A stretch of DNA of 64,000 nucleotides from an uncultured Aurantimonas sp. (GTDB taxonomy: Bacteria; Pseudomonadota; Alphaproteobacteria; Rhizobiales; Rhizobiaceae): contig CANKZU010000011.1 of assembly GCA_947488615.1 (NCBI GenBank), positions 6,471 through 70,470 of the forward strand, read 5' to 3'. Positions 48,717 to 58,626 of the stretch are shown here, piece after piece. The notes below the pieces were generated by a model. That model did not search any database and was not told the DNA's origin. It saw nothing but the letters and a program-made list of their open reading frames with translations. The translations under genes and the position numbers were made by a program. Position 1 is the first letter of the stretch. Every line of letters starts with the position of its first letter.

Positions 48717-50012
48717 TCAGCTCTTGGCGGAGACGACCTTGTTGCGGCCCGAGCGCTTTGCCTCGTAGAGGGCGGCGTCAGCCTCCGCGATCAATTCATC
48801 AGCGCTCTTGCCGGCTTCAGCGCCGGTTACGCCGGCGCTGAAGGTGACGTGAAACGGTCCGTCCGGACCGCGCATCGGGATGTCCGCGAAATGCCCGCGA
48901 ATTCTGTTCATCACGGCATTCGAGGCTTCGATCGGCGTATCCAGCAGGATCACGCCAAACTCCTCGCCTCCATAGCGCGCGACGACGTCGATATGGCGAA
49001 GCCCTCCGACCAGCGAGTGAGATAACGTCTGGATAACGCGATCGCCAACCTGATGGCCTTTCGTGTCGTTGACTTGCTTGAAATGATCGATGTCGAGCAG
49101 ACACACGCTGAACCGCGAACCGGTGCGCCGACAGCGCTCCAACTCCACCGCGACGCGATCCTTGAATCGCGCATGGTTCAAGAGCCCGGTGAGACTGTCG
49201 CGCTCGCCGATCTGGCGCAGGGCGACAGCCCGTTCAGCGCGCATCCGCACGAGCGATGCAAGGAGCTCGAAGCCGACGGACTTGTTGATGAAGTCGTCAC
49301 CGCCGAGTTTGCGGGCCTGGCGTTGCCGCTCAACATCCTGCTCGGCGGACAGGAAGATGATCGGAAGCGACAGGTTCCGGCGCGATTGGCGTATGATCTG
49401 CGCGACCTCCATCCCGTCCGCGACGGGCATATGCATGTCGAGAAGTATGAGATCTGGCGTGTTGCTGCTGATCTCTTCCAGCACGCGGCCCGGGTCGGTC
49501 AAGATCCGAGCGCTCATATCTGCCGCCTCCAAGGCGAAGGCGAAAGCTTCGGCCGCGATCTCGTCGTCGTCGACGATCAGGATGGAAAGCGGCTCGGCCT
49601 CGCCAGTATCGTAGTCGTCGAGCCATGCGCCGAGTTCGACGGTGTCGAGAGGCGTCGACAAGATCGCTTCGACGCCGGCGCGTGCCGCCGCCAGCTTGAA
49701 TTCGAAGCTGGTCTCGTCAGCGAGCAGGATGACACGGTGGCGGGCTGATTGCTCGCGCGCCAGCGTCAAGTCGGGATCGACCTGCGTGTTGATGAGAACC
49801 GCGACGCACGCGTCTTCCGTCTGCTCACCTCGTCCGTCGACCGGTCGATAGCCCAAGCCGGAGATCATCGAGGCGCATTGCTCGATACGGGCATCCTCCT
49901 CAAAGAACCTGACGCTTTTTCGAATGACCGCCCCCTCGGGGGACATTCCGCCACAGTCCTGGCCCTGCTTGTCGAGTCGCGCCACGTCGATGGGTTTAAT
50001 ATCCAAGAACAT
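48717..50012 (-). CDS. Diguanylate cyclase: pseudo-REC + REC + GGDEF (GGEEF)
   Basis: SD GAGGT before ATG 50012. Second REC intact (IVDDD, LLDMHMP, FLS, INK). DSLTGLLN, DIDHFKQVNDTKGH, I-site RHID, active site YGGEEF, YEAKRSGRN. Confidence 0.92.
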   Translation of the reverse strand: MFLDIKPIDVARLDKQGQDCGGMSPEGAVIRKSVRFFEEDARIEQCASMISGLGYRPVDGRGEQTEDACVAVLINTQVDPDLTLAREQSARHRVILLADETSFEFKLAAARAGVEAILSTPLDTVELGAWLDDYDTGEAEPLSILIVDDDEIAAEAFAFALEAADMSARILTDPGRVLEEISSNTPDLILLDMHMPVADGMEVAQIIRQSRRNLSLPIIFLSAEQDVERQRQARKLGGDDFINKSVGFELLASLVRMRAERAVALRQIGERDSLTGLLNHARFKDRVAVELERCRRTGSRFSVCLLDIDHFKQVNDTKGHQVGDRVIQTLSHSLVGGLRHIDVVARYGGEEFGVILLDTPIEASNAVMNRIRGHFADIPMRGPDGPFHVTFSAGVTGAEAGKSADELIAEADAALYEAKRSGRNKVVSAKS

Positions 50013-50024
50013 CAGCCGAGCACC

Positions 50025-50414
50025 TCAAGAACCGTCGGATCCCGGGCCATGGTCCGGCCCTTCGGGTGCGTGGCATCCGGCTTCATCGCCAAGAATCACG
50101 CGTCTTATTTCGGGGACGATTGTTTCAGTCAGGCCCCTAAGATCCGCATCGCTGCGATGCGAAAGAACAAAATGTTCCAGCTCGGCCGCCTGCGGCGTCA
50201 GCGCACTGAAGTCGAATATGCCAGCTCTGCCCGCCAAGCGATGCGCGATCTGCCCGATCGCTTGGCGCACTTCGTCCTTGTCTCCGGGCTCGGCCAGGCG
50301 ATCGGCCAGGCTTTCCAGTTCGGACGTCTGAAGGAGCGTATCCTCGATGAACCGCACCTTCAGCGCAGCCATTCTGGCTTCCATCGATGTGACCTGACCA
50401 GTCGATGCGTTCAT
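50025..50414 (-). CDS. Stand-alone Hpt (histidine phosphotransfer) domain protein
   Basis: About 129 aa, helical, Hpt-like motif IAHRLAGRAGIFDFSALTPQAAELE. ATGA overlap with the upstream gene. Confidence 0.75.
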   Translation of the reverse strand: MNASTGQVTSMEARMAALKVRFIEDTLLQTSELESLADRLAEPGDKDEVRQAIGQIAHRLAGRAGIFDFSALTPQAAELEHFVLSHRSDADLRGLTETIVPEIRRVILGDEAGCHAPEGPDHGPGSDGS

Positions 50415-51673
50415 TCCGAACCCTCCAGGAATTGGACGCCGATATCGTTTCCGCTCTGCCATTTCGTTTCGACGGCGCGCTTGCTGCCCGATCCGACGAC
50501 GAGGAGGTCGAATCTGTCGGGGGCAGCGAAATAAGTGTCGACCCGCAATAGGGCGCCCGAAGCGGAGATATTGCGAACGGTGCAGTCGATGACCGCGTCG
50601 CCTTTGCGCAGAAACATCGTTCCCCGTTTGAAAACCCGCTGTCGGCGTTCGGCGCGTCGCTCGTCTCGTTCCTTGATGAGCGAGGGCTCTGTGCGATTGC
50701 GCTCGGGCGATCCGGATGCATCCAGCTGGCTGGAGGCCTCCACCGACGATGCCGTCTCGGCGAATGCGGTACCAAATGGTTCTTCATTCGCTGCGGCTTT
50801 ATCGAGCGCCTGCTGCGCCGCCTGGATGAGGGTGCCAGGATCCGTGCCATTAGCGGGAGACATCGCCGCGCCAATTGCCGGAATGAACTGGACGACGCTT
50901 CGATCCAGATTCACTTGGTGGGTGAGTTCTCGTACCAATTGATGGCAGCGCTCGGAAATCGATCGCGCATCAACGTCCCGATCGACGAGATAAAGAAATC
51001 CATCATCGCCGAACGATCCGCAGAGGTCGCCGGCGCTCGTGACCAGATTGAGCCGTTTAGCGAAGTCGCGCAGCAGCCGATCACCGGCAACATGCCCCAG
51101 GCTGGCCCGAATTTTCGCCAGGTTGCGAAGCTTGATGAGAAGCACGCCGAACGTAGAAGGCGGGCTTCTACTGGTGAATTCGCCCAAGCGTTCCTGCATG
51201 AATTGCGCACTGTAGAGGCCGGTGACGTTGTCGAACTGCAGGCTCTTTTTGATGCGCTCCGCTTCGATGGTTTCGGACTGCGCCTTTTTACGTGTGCCGA
51301 CCGCCGCGCGGATCGCCGTCACCAATTCGTGCTTGTTCAGGTCGCGTTTCGAAACATAGTCGCTGAATCCGCTGCGAAACGCCTTGACCGCCGTTCGCTC
51401 GCTTCCTCCACCTGTCAACATCACGATCGGCGGGGCATTGGGGATTGTCGCTCTTATCGTCTCCGCGATATTCAGCCCGTTCTCGGCGCCAAGATTATAG
51501 TCGACAACGACACAATCGATCGGGTCCGCCATCAGGGCACGCAACAATTGCGGGCCATCGGACGCCTGGGTGACTTCCATATCTCCGTCATGACCCAACA
51601 TGGCGGAAATATACTCCAGGAAAATCGGATCGTCGTCCAAAACGGCTAGCCGTATCGAACTTGCGCTTTCCAT
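50411..51673 (-). CDS. REC + degenerate GGDEF + PilZ domain protein
   Basis: REC intact (VLDDD, VVDYNLG, MLT, VSK). GGDEF scaffold (DNVTGLYS, LGHVAGDRLL) with FGDDG in place of GGDEF. PilZ motifs RAERR and NISASG. Confidence 0.85.
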   Translation of the reverse strand: MESASSIRLAVLDDDPIFLEYISAMLGHDGDMEVTQASDGPQLLRALMADPIDCVVVDYNLGAENGLNIAETIRATIPNAPPIVMLTGGGSERTAVKAFRSGFSDYVSKRDLNKHELVTAIRAAVGTRKKAQSETIEAERIKKSLQFDNVTGLYSAQFMQERLGEFTSRSPPSTFGVLLIKLRNLAKIRASLGHVAGDRLLRDFAKRLNLVTSAGDLCGSFGDDGFLYLVDRDVDARSISERCHQLVRELTHQVNLDRSVVQFIPAIGAAMSPANGTDPGTLIQAAQQALDKAAANEEPFGTAFAETASSVEASSQLDASGSPERNRTEPSLIKERDERRAERRQRVFKRGTMFLRKGDAVIDCTVRNISASGALLRVDTYFAAPDRFDLLVVGSGSKRAVETKWQSGNDIGVQFLEGSE

Positions 51674-51798
51674 TGGTCAGCAATCCTTAAATAAAGTAAG
51701 CCGGACGAATTGGCTTTGACTTCATTATGCGGGTGGAGACCTTTTGTAGGGGTTAACGACAACCACCTTGGTTCTGACAGTTTGGTGAACTCCAGCGC

Positions 51799-52686
51799 TC
51801 ACGCGCCATCGAGGCCGGCCAGGGGCCGCCCCAGCCGTCCGGCCAGATCCTGCACGAACTGGTAAGCAACGCGCCCCGATCGACTGCCGCGGGTTGTCGC
51901 CCATTCGAGTGCCTCGCGCCGAACCATTCCGGGATCGGCCGCAATGTCATACGCGGCGAGATAACCGTCGATCATCGCCAGATACTCGTCCTGATTGCAG
52001 CGATGGAAGCCGAGCCAGAGGCCGAATCGATCCGATAGCGAGACCTTCTCCTCGACGGCTTCACCGGGATTGATTGCGGTCGAACGCTCGTTTTCGATCA
52101 TGTCGCGGGGTAGAAGATGGCGGCGGTTCGATGTCGCATAGAACAGCACATTGGGTGGCCGACCCTCCACACCGCCCTCCAGCGCCGCTTTCAGCGATTT
52201 ATAGGCGCTATCACCCATGTCGAAGGAAAGATCGTCGCAATAGAGAAGAAACGGGCAGGGTACTTCCCGCACCAGACTCATCAGCAGCGGCAGATGATCG
52301 ATATCCTCACGGTGAATCTCGATAAGTTTGAGACGGGGTGTTCCGGCGGGAAGGGCCGCGTTCACCGCGGCATGTGCGGCCTTGACCAGGGACGACTTGC
52401 CCATGCCGCGCGCGCCCCACAAAAGCGCGTTGTTGGCGGGAAGCCCGCGGGCGAAGCGCTCGGTGTTTTCCAGGAGAATGTCGCGCGAGCCGTCGATGCC
52501 CCTGAGCAGTTCGATGGGGACGCGGTTCACGATTCGCACCGGCGCGAGGGCGGCTGGCGGCTCGAAGACGAAGCAATCGGCGGCGGTAAAATCCGGCGCG
52601 GGAGGTGGTGGCGGCGCAAGCCGTTCGAGACCTTGCGCGATCCGTTCCATGGTCTGCAGCAAGCGGGTGAACTCAGCGGAATCCAT
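51799..52686 (-). CDS. DUF815-type AAA+ ATP-binding protein
   Basis: NNALLWGARGMGKSSLVK, YCDDLSF, YATSNRRHLLPR and EEKVSLSDRFGLWLGF. Confidence 0.88.
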   Translation of the reverse strand: MDSAEFTRLLQTMERIAQGLERLAPPPPPAPDFTAADCFVFEPPAALAPVRIVNRVPIELLRGIDGSRDILLENTERFARGLPANNALLWGARGMGKSSLVKAAHAAVNAALPAGTPRLKLIEIHREDIDHLPLLMSLVREVPCPFLLYCDDLSFDMGDSAYKSLKAALEGGVEGRPPNVLFYATSNRRHLLPRDMIENERSTAINPGEAVEEKVSLSDRFGLWLGFHRCNQDEYLAMIDGYLAAYDIAADPGMVRREALEWATTRGSRSGRVAYQFVQDLAGRLGRPLAGLDGA

Positions 52687-52816
52687 AGGAAAATCTCGTC
52701 TCTCTCCCGGCTGTCGGCCAGGTCTGGTGCCGGCTTGTTGCATTCAGGGCGACCGATCGTATATTCCGCGCTGATCGTAAAGGCCCTGTGCCGTCCCATT
52801 TCCTGAGAGGTTCCTG

Positions 52817-53158
52817 ATGTTCGTGTCCGAGGCTTTCGCCCAGACAGCTGCGCCCGCTGCCGGTGGAAGCGATCTCCTGATCAGCGTGCTGCCGTTCGTG
52901 GCGGTCTTTGCGATCATGTATTTCCTGATCATCCGCCCCCAGCGCACGACGATGAAGAAACGCCAGGAGATGCTGAGCAACATTCGCCGCGGCGATACGG
53001 TCGTGACCGGCGGCGGCATCGTTGCCAAGGTGACCAAGGTACTGGATAGCGGCGAACTCGAGGTGCAGATTTCCGAACAGGTGCGCGTGCGGGTGGTGCA
53101 GGCGATGGTCGCCGAAGTGCGCGTCAAGGGCGAACCGGCTGCGGCGAACACCAAATAG
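52817..53158 (+). CDS. yajC: Preprotein translocase subunit YajC
   Basis: IMYFLIIRPQ, RRGDTVVTGGGIVAKV. Confidence 0.95.
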   Translation: MFVSEAFAQTAAPAAGGSDLLISVLPFVAVFAIMYFLIIRPQRTTMKKRQEMLSNIRRGDTVVTGGGIVAKVTKVLDSGELEVQISEQVRVRVVQAMVAEVRVKGEPAAANTK

Positions 53159-53296
53159 CCGCTTTGCTTGAGCAAACGAGGCCACTGCCTTAAAATCGTC
53201 CGCGACACGACACTCACGTGTCGCCGGCTGCGTAGATCGAACGCTGAATACGGATTGCGCCCCCCTGGAGCGACCGTCGACCCTTTCGGGACCCAC

Positions 53297-55876
53297 ATGC
53301 TCTATTTTTCGCGCTGGAAGACGTTCCTAATCTGGCTAACGGTCGCTCTGGGGGTCGTCTACGCCGCCCCTAACCTGTTTTCCTCCCAGACGCTGGACGA
53401 AATGCCGTCCTTCGTGCCTGACGACAAGATCACGCTTGGGCTCGATCTGCAGGGCGGGTCCTACATCCTGCTCGAGATCGACGGGCCGTCGCTGACTGAC
53501 GAGCGTCTACAGACCTTGCGAGACGACGCCCGCCAGATATTGCGCACCGAGCGCGTCGGCTATTCGGGTCTCAGTGATTCCGGCACGACGGTGACGGTGC
53601 GGCTCCGCGATCCCGCGCAGGCCGATGCCGCACGCCAAGCATTGCAGCCGCTGACCCAGCCGCTGTCAAGCGGATTGCTGAGCGGCGGTACGGTCACGGA
53701 AGTGGCGATCGCCGAACCCCAACCCGGCGTCCTGACCCTTTCGCTGACCGACCAGGGAATCGCGTACCGAACATCGACCGCCGTCGCGCAATCGATCGAG
53801 GTCGTGCGTCGTCGCGTCGACGAACTCGGCACGACGGAACCGCTGATTCAACGCCAGGGCGATGACCGAATCATGGTGCAGGTTCCCGGCTTGCAGGATC
53901 CGCAGCGGCTGAAGGCGTTGCTCAATCAGACCGCCAAGCTGACCTTCCGTCTCGTCGACGAGACGGCCTCCGCTGACGAGGTCGCCAGGGGCGCCCGTGC
54001 CCCTGCCGGCTCCGAACTGCGTTACACCAACGACCAGCCGCCACAACCGATCCTGGTCCAGCGCCAGGTGATGGTCTCCGGCGAGAATCTCACCGACGCG
54101 CAAGCCGGCTTCGACAGCCAGACCAACGAAGCCGTCGTCAATATTCGCTTCGATACGCAGGGTGCGCAGCGCTTCGGCACGGTGACCCAGCAGAATGTCG
54201 GCCGTCCCTTTGCCATCGTACTCGATGACGAAGTGCTGTCGGCGCCGAATATCCGCGAACCGATCCTTGGCGGTCAGGCTCAGATCAGCGGCAATTTCAC
54301 CGTCGACAGCGCCAACGACCTCGCGGTTCTGCTGCGCGCCGGCGCGCTGCCGGCGACGCTCAACATCATCGAGGAGCGGACGGTCGGACCCGGCCTCGGG
54401 GCCGATTCGATCGCCGCGGGTGAGATCGCCGGCATCATCGGATCGATCCTCGTCGTCGCCTTCATGTTGGCGGCCTACGGCTTCCTCGGCATCATCGCCA
54501 ATATCGCGCTCGTCGCCAACATCGTCATGATCGTCGCGCTTTTGTCGGTGTTCGGTTCGACCCTGACGCTTCCCGGCATCGCGGGCATCGTGCTGACCGT
54601 CGGCATGGCGGTCGATTCGAACGTGCTGATCTACGAACGCATCCGGGAGGAACGTCGCGGCGGGCGATCCGTGGTGCAGGCGATCGACGTCGGATTCCAG
54701 AAGGCGTTGGCGACGATCATCGACGCCAACATCACCACGCTGATCGCCGCGGTCGTCTTGTTTTCTCTGGGCTCCGGACCGGTCCGCGGTTTCGCCGTGA
54801 CGCTTGCCTTCGGTATCGTCACGACCGTCTTCACAGCCTTCACCCTGACCCGCTGGCTGATGGCCGAGTGGGTTCGTCGCAAGCGACCGAAAGAGCTTCC
54901 GAAAGGCTTTCTCCATCTCGTGCCTGAAGTGACGAAGATCCCGTTCATGGCGATCCGCAAATGGACCTTCGCGGCCAGCATCGCGGCTTCGATCGCAGCG
55001 TTGGTCGGCTTTGCGACACTCAGCATGAATTACGGCATCGATTTCACCGGCGGAACGCTGATCGAGGTGCAGGCAAAGGGCGAGGCCGCCGATATCGGCG
55101 GTATCCGCTCGGCCTTGACCGCGCGCCCGATCGGCGACGTCTCGGTTCAGGAATTCGGCTCGCCGAAAGAGGCGTTGATTCGTATCGGCTCGCTGAGCGT
55201 CGAGGGACAAAGCGGCGACGCCGCTCAGCAGACGACAGTCAACGAGGTGCGCGACGCGCTCTCCGCGGACTATGATTTCCGCCGGGTGGAGGTGGTCGGA
55301 CCGACGATTTCAAGCGAGTTGGCGCTCGCCGGCACGATCGCTGTTATCGCGGCGATGCTGGCGATTCTTGTCTATGTCTGGATTCGTTTCGAATGGCAGT
55401 TCGCGATCGGCGCAATCGTCGCCACCTTGCACGATGTCATCATGACCATCGGCTTTTTGGTCGTCACTCAAATCGAGTTCAACCTGTCGAGTATCGCCGC
55501 GATTTTGACAATCGTCGGCTATTCGCTGAACGATACCGTGGTCGTCTATGACCGCGTGCGGGAAAATTTGCGTCGCTACAAGAAGTTGTCACTGGTCGAA
55601 TTGCTCGACAAATCGGTCAACGACACGCTGTCGCGGACCGCTTTGACGTCGGTGACGACGCTGCTCGCCCTGACCGCGCTGGCGGTCTTCGGGGGCGAGG
55701 TCATCCGGTCCTTCGTGCTGGCGATGCTGTTCGGCGTGGTGATCGGCACCTATTCGTCGATTTTCGTGGCGGGTCCGATTCTCATCCTGTTCAAGCTGCG
55801 TCCCTCGGACTTCCAGGCCGACCGCGAGGCGAACGCAGCCGCGCGGACAGGCATCCCGGCACCGCGCGAAAGCTGA
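53297..55876 (+). CDS. secDF: Fused SecD-SecF translocase subunit
   Basis: LGLDLQGGSY, RRRVDELGTTEP, LRAGALPA, GMAVDSNVLIYERIREE, then NYGIDFTGG and GYSLNDTVVVYDRVRE in the same ORF. Confidence 0.96.
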   Translation: MLYFSRWKTFLIWLTVALGVVYAAPNLFSSQTLDEMPSFVPDDKITLGLDLQGGSYILLEIDGPSLTDERLQTLRDDARQILRTERVGYSGLSDSGTTVTVRLRDPAQADAARQALQPLTQPLSSGLLSGGTVTEVAIAEPQPGVLTLSLTDQGIAYRTSTAVAQSIEVVRRRVDELGTTEPLIQRQGDDRIMVQVPGLQDPQRLKALLNQTAKLTFRLVDETASADEVARGARAPAGSELRYTNDQPPQPILVQRQVMVSGENLTDAQAGFDSQTNEAVVNIRFDTQGAQRFGTVTQQNVGRPFAIVLDDEVLSAPNIREPILGGQAQISGNFTVDSANDLAVLLRAGALPATLNIIEERTVGPGLGADSIAAGEIAGIIGSILVVAFMLAAYGFLGIIANIALVANIVMIVALLSVFGSTLTLPGIAGIVLTVGMAVDSNVLIYERIREERRGGRSVVQAIDVGFQKALATIIDANITTLIAAVVLFSLGSGPVRGFAVTLAFGIVTTVFTAFTLTRWLMAEWVRRKRPKELPKGFLHLVPEVTKIPFMAIRKWTFAASIAASIAALVGFATLSMNYGIDFTGGTLIEVQAKGEAADIGGIRSALTARPIGDVSVQEFGSPKEALIRIGSLSVEGQSGDAAQQTTVNEVRDALSADYDFRRVEVVGPTISSELALAGTIAVIAAMLAILVYVWIRFEWQFAIGAIVATLHDVIMTIGFLVVTQIEFNLSSIAAILTIVGYSLNDTVVVYDRVRENLRRYKKLSLVELLDKSVNDTLSRTALTSVTTLLALTALAVFGGEVIRSFVLAMLFGVVIGTYSSIFVAGPILILFKLRPSDFQADREANAAARTGIPAPRES

Positions 55877-55883
55877 CCGGGAT

Positions 55884-56273
55884 ATGGCGAAGGGCATCGA
55901 AATCCGCGCGGCGCATTTTCCCGGGCGAGCGCCGATCGAGGCCTACGGCAATGGCGGGTTTCGCTTCGCGGAGATGTCGCATCGCGGCTCGATCCTGTGT
56001 CTTCCATCCGGTATCTACGGTTGGGACGCGACCGTGGTAACGCCATTCGCGGGAGACCGGCTGGCCAAGGTCTTCGACGAGGCGAACGATATCCGCTTTC
56101 TCCTGTTTGGAACCGGCCCCGAGATTCGTCGTCTGCCGCCAGCGCTGGCCGACCGGATGAGACAGGCCGGAATTTCCTGCGATCCGATGTCGACGGGCGC
56201 TGCGGTGCGGACATTCAACGTGATGTTGGCTGAAGGCCGCCCGGTGGCCGCGGCGCTTGTCGCGGTCGACTGA
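55884..56273 (+). CDS. Mth938-like (DUF498/NDUFAF3-like) protein
   Basis: IEAYGNGGF, FLLFGTG, MSTGAAVRTFNVMLAEGRPVAAAL. Confidence 0.88.
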   Translation: MAKGIEIRAAHFPGRAPIEAYGNGGFRFAEMSHRGSILCLPSGIYGWDATVVTPFAGDRLAKVFDEANDIRFLLFGTGPEIRRLPPALADRMRQAGISCDPMSTGAAVRTFNVMLAEGRPVAAALVAVD

Positions 56274-56278
56274 CCCCC

Positions 56279-57109
56279 ATGAACGAAAACGCGAAGGCAT
56301 GCGTCCGTCTCGTCGAGGCGGAGGATCGCGACCGGGCGATCTCGCTGGCCTTTGCTCCGGCGGACAGGCGACCGGACCTCGCGGCGCTCTATGCCTTCGA
56401 TGGCGAGACCGCGCGGATCCGCGAAAAGGTCAGTCAGCCGATGCCGGGCGAGATTCGGCTGCAATGGTGGCGCGATGTTCTGTCGGGAGACGGCGAGGGC
56501 GCGGCCGCACACCCGGTCGCGGCGGCCCTGTCGGAGACGATCGAACGCCACCAGTTGCCCCGTTCCGCCTTCGATCGCCTGCTCGAGGCCCGGATTTTCG
56601 ATCTCTATGATGACCCGATGCCGTCGCGCGAGGCATTTGAGGCCTATGCGGGCGAAACCGCGTCGACGCTGATCATGCTGGCGGCCATGATCCTGTCGCG
56701 TGACGAGGCCGAGCGCATGAGCGAGGCTGCTGGCCATGCCGGCGTCACCCAGATGGTCGCGGGCGTCTTGCGGTCGCTGCCGATGCATCGTGCGCGCGGA
56801 CAGGTTTATCTTCCGGCTGATCTGCTGGCGGCGGCGGGATGCACGGCCGACGAACTCGCCAAGGGCGAGGACGAGCCATCGGGCCGCGCCCTGGCCGCGA
56901 TGGTCGCCTTTGGCCGTGATCACGATCGGGCCTGGCGGCGGAATCTGACGGACATCCCGCGGGCACTCCGCCCTGCGTTCCTGCCGGCGGCGCTGGCGGC
57001 CTCGTATCTCGATCGGATCGAGCAGGCAGGAATTGCGACGCTCGACGAATCCGTCGAGATCGGACCGCTCAGGAAAACCGTCGTCAATTGGCGAACCATG
57101 CGGGCCTAA
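56279..57109 (+). CDS. Phytoene/squalene synthase-like protein (NDUFAF6-like)
   Basis: ALYAF...IREKVSQPMPGEIRLQWWRD, RIFDLYDDP, GQVYLPADLL. Confidence 0.82.
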   Translation: MNENAKACVRLVEAEDRDRAISLAFAPADRRPDLAALYAFDGETARIREKVSQPMPGEIRLQWWRDVLSGDGEGAAAHPVAAALSETIERHQLPRSAFDRLLEARIFDLYDDPMPSREAFEAYAGETASTLIMLAAMILSRDEAERMSEAAGHAGVTQMVAGVLRSLPMHRARGQVYLPADLLAAAGCTADELAKGEDEPSGRALAAMVAFGRDHDRAWRRNLTDIPRALRPAFLPAALAASYLDRIEQAGIATLDESVEIGPLRKTVVNWRTMRA

Positions 57110-57144
57110 GTCAACAGCTGTCGCCTTCCGGCAACATGGATGCC

Positions 57145-58566
57145 TCACTCGGCGGCGATGGCGACGGCCTCGAGCCCGAGCCACGCGGCGTAGTCGGCGA
57201 GGGCGCGCGCTGACATCGCCTTCTTCTTGGCGATTGCCTTTTCCTTGCCGCGAAACCGCTTCTGCCCTTCCGGCTTCTGGATCGTGCCGGGGGCGAGCGG
57301 CGGGAACAGGCCGAAATTGACGTTCATCGGCTGGAACGAGCGCTTGCCGCTGTCTTCCTCATGGGCGAGATGACCGCCGGTGATGTGAGCGACGAGAGCG
57401 CCCATCGCCGTTGTCTGTGGCGGCGGGCTCAATGCCTCGCCGAGCCGTTCGGCGGCCGCGAAACGCCCGGTCATCAGGCCGACGGCCGCGGATTCGACGT
57501 AGCCCTCGCAGCCGGTGATCTGGCCGGCGAAGCGCACATGCGGCAATGCCTTAAGCCGCAGCGTCGCGTCCAGCAGCACTGGCGAGTTGAGATAGGTATT
57601 GCGGTGCAGGCCGCCGAGCCGGGCGAACTCGGCGTTTTCGAGCCCCGGAATCATCCGGAAGATATCGCCCTGGGCGCCGTATTTCAGTTTCGTCTGGAAA
57701 CCGACGATGTTGTAGAGCGTGCCGAGGGCGTTGTCCTGGCGCAATTGCACGACCGCGTACGCCTTGATGTCGGGCTGGTGGGCATTGGTCAGACCCATCG
57801 GCTTCATCGGACCGTGGCGAAGCGTCTCGGGGCCACGCTCCGCCATCACCTCGATCGGCAGACAGCCGTCGAAATAGGGCGTGCCTTCCCATTCCTTGAA
57901 CTCGGCGCGGTCGCCTTCGACGAGCGCCGCGACGAAGCGCTCGTAGGTTTCCTTGTCGAGCGGGCAGTTGATGTAGTCCTTGCCGGTGCCGCCGGGGCCG
58001 ACCTTGTCGTAGCGCGACTGGAACCAGGCCTTGTCCATGTCGATCGAATCGAAATGGACGATCGGCGCGATTGCGTCGAAGAAGGCCAGGGCATCCGACC
58101 CCGTCGCGGCACGAATGGACTCGGCCAAGGCGGGCGCCGTCAGCGGACCGGTGGCGACGATGCTTGGGCCCCATTCCTCGGGCGGCAAACCTTCGACCTC
58201 GCCGCGTTCGATCCGGATCAGCGGATGATCGTCGATCGTTGCGGTGACGGCTTGCGCGAACCCTTCACGGTCGACGGCGAGCGCGCTGCCGGCCGGCACC
58301 TGATGCGCGTCCGCCGCGCGCATGATCAGCGAGTTGGCCAGCCGCATTTCCGCGTGCAGGACGCCGACGGCGTTGGTTTCGCTATCGTCCGATCGAAACG
58401 AGTTCGAGCACACCAGTTCCGCCAGCGAATCGGTCTGGTGCGCGTCGGTCCCGCGCACGGGCCGCATTTCGTGGAGCACAACCGGGATACCGCGCTCGGC
58501 GATCTGCCACGCGGCCTCGGAGCCGGCGAGCCCGCCGCCGACGACATGAATGGGTTTGTTCGACAT
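57145..58566 (-). CDS. trmFO: Folate/FAD-dependent tRNA (uracil-5-)-methyltransferase TrmFO (Gid)
   Basis: [52 protein letters not shown] and QPMNVNFGL. Confidence 0.96.
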   Translation of the reverse strand: MSNKPIHVVGGGLAGSEAAWQIAERGIPVVLHEMRPVRGTDAHQTDSLAELVCSNSFRSDDSETNAVGVLHAEMRLANSLIMRAADAHQVPAGSALAVDREGFAQAVTATIDDHPLIRIERGEVEGLPPEEWGPSIVATGPLTAPALAESIRAATGSDALAFFDAIAPIVHFDSIDMDKAWFQSRYDKVGPGGTGKDYINCPLDKETYERFVAALVEGDRAEFKEWEGTPYFDGCLPIEVMAERGPETLRHGPMKPMGLTNAHQPDIKAYAVVQLRQDNALGTLYNIVGFQTKLKYGAQGDIFRMIPGLENAEFARLGGLHRNTYLNSPVLLDATLRLKALPHVRFAGQITGCEGYVESAAVGLMTGRFAAAERLGEALSPPPQTTAMGALVAHITGGHLAHEEDSGKRSFQPMNVNFGLFPPLAPGTIQKPEGQKRFRGKEKAIAKKKAMSARALADYAAWLGLEAVAIAAE

Positions 58567-58626
58567 GGAGAAGATTTAGCAGCCGCTGCGCCGTCCCGAA
58601 AGGGCCGGATGCGCCCGCCATGCCCG

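Noticed and set aside
49980-50027. Selenocysteine recoding of the TGA between Hpt and DGC
   Set aside because: I see no convincing SECIS hairpin just 3' of the TGA, the position is in a linker rather than a redox site, and no sel genes are in view.
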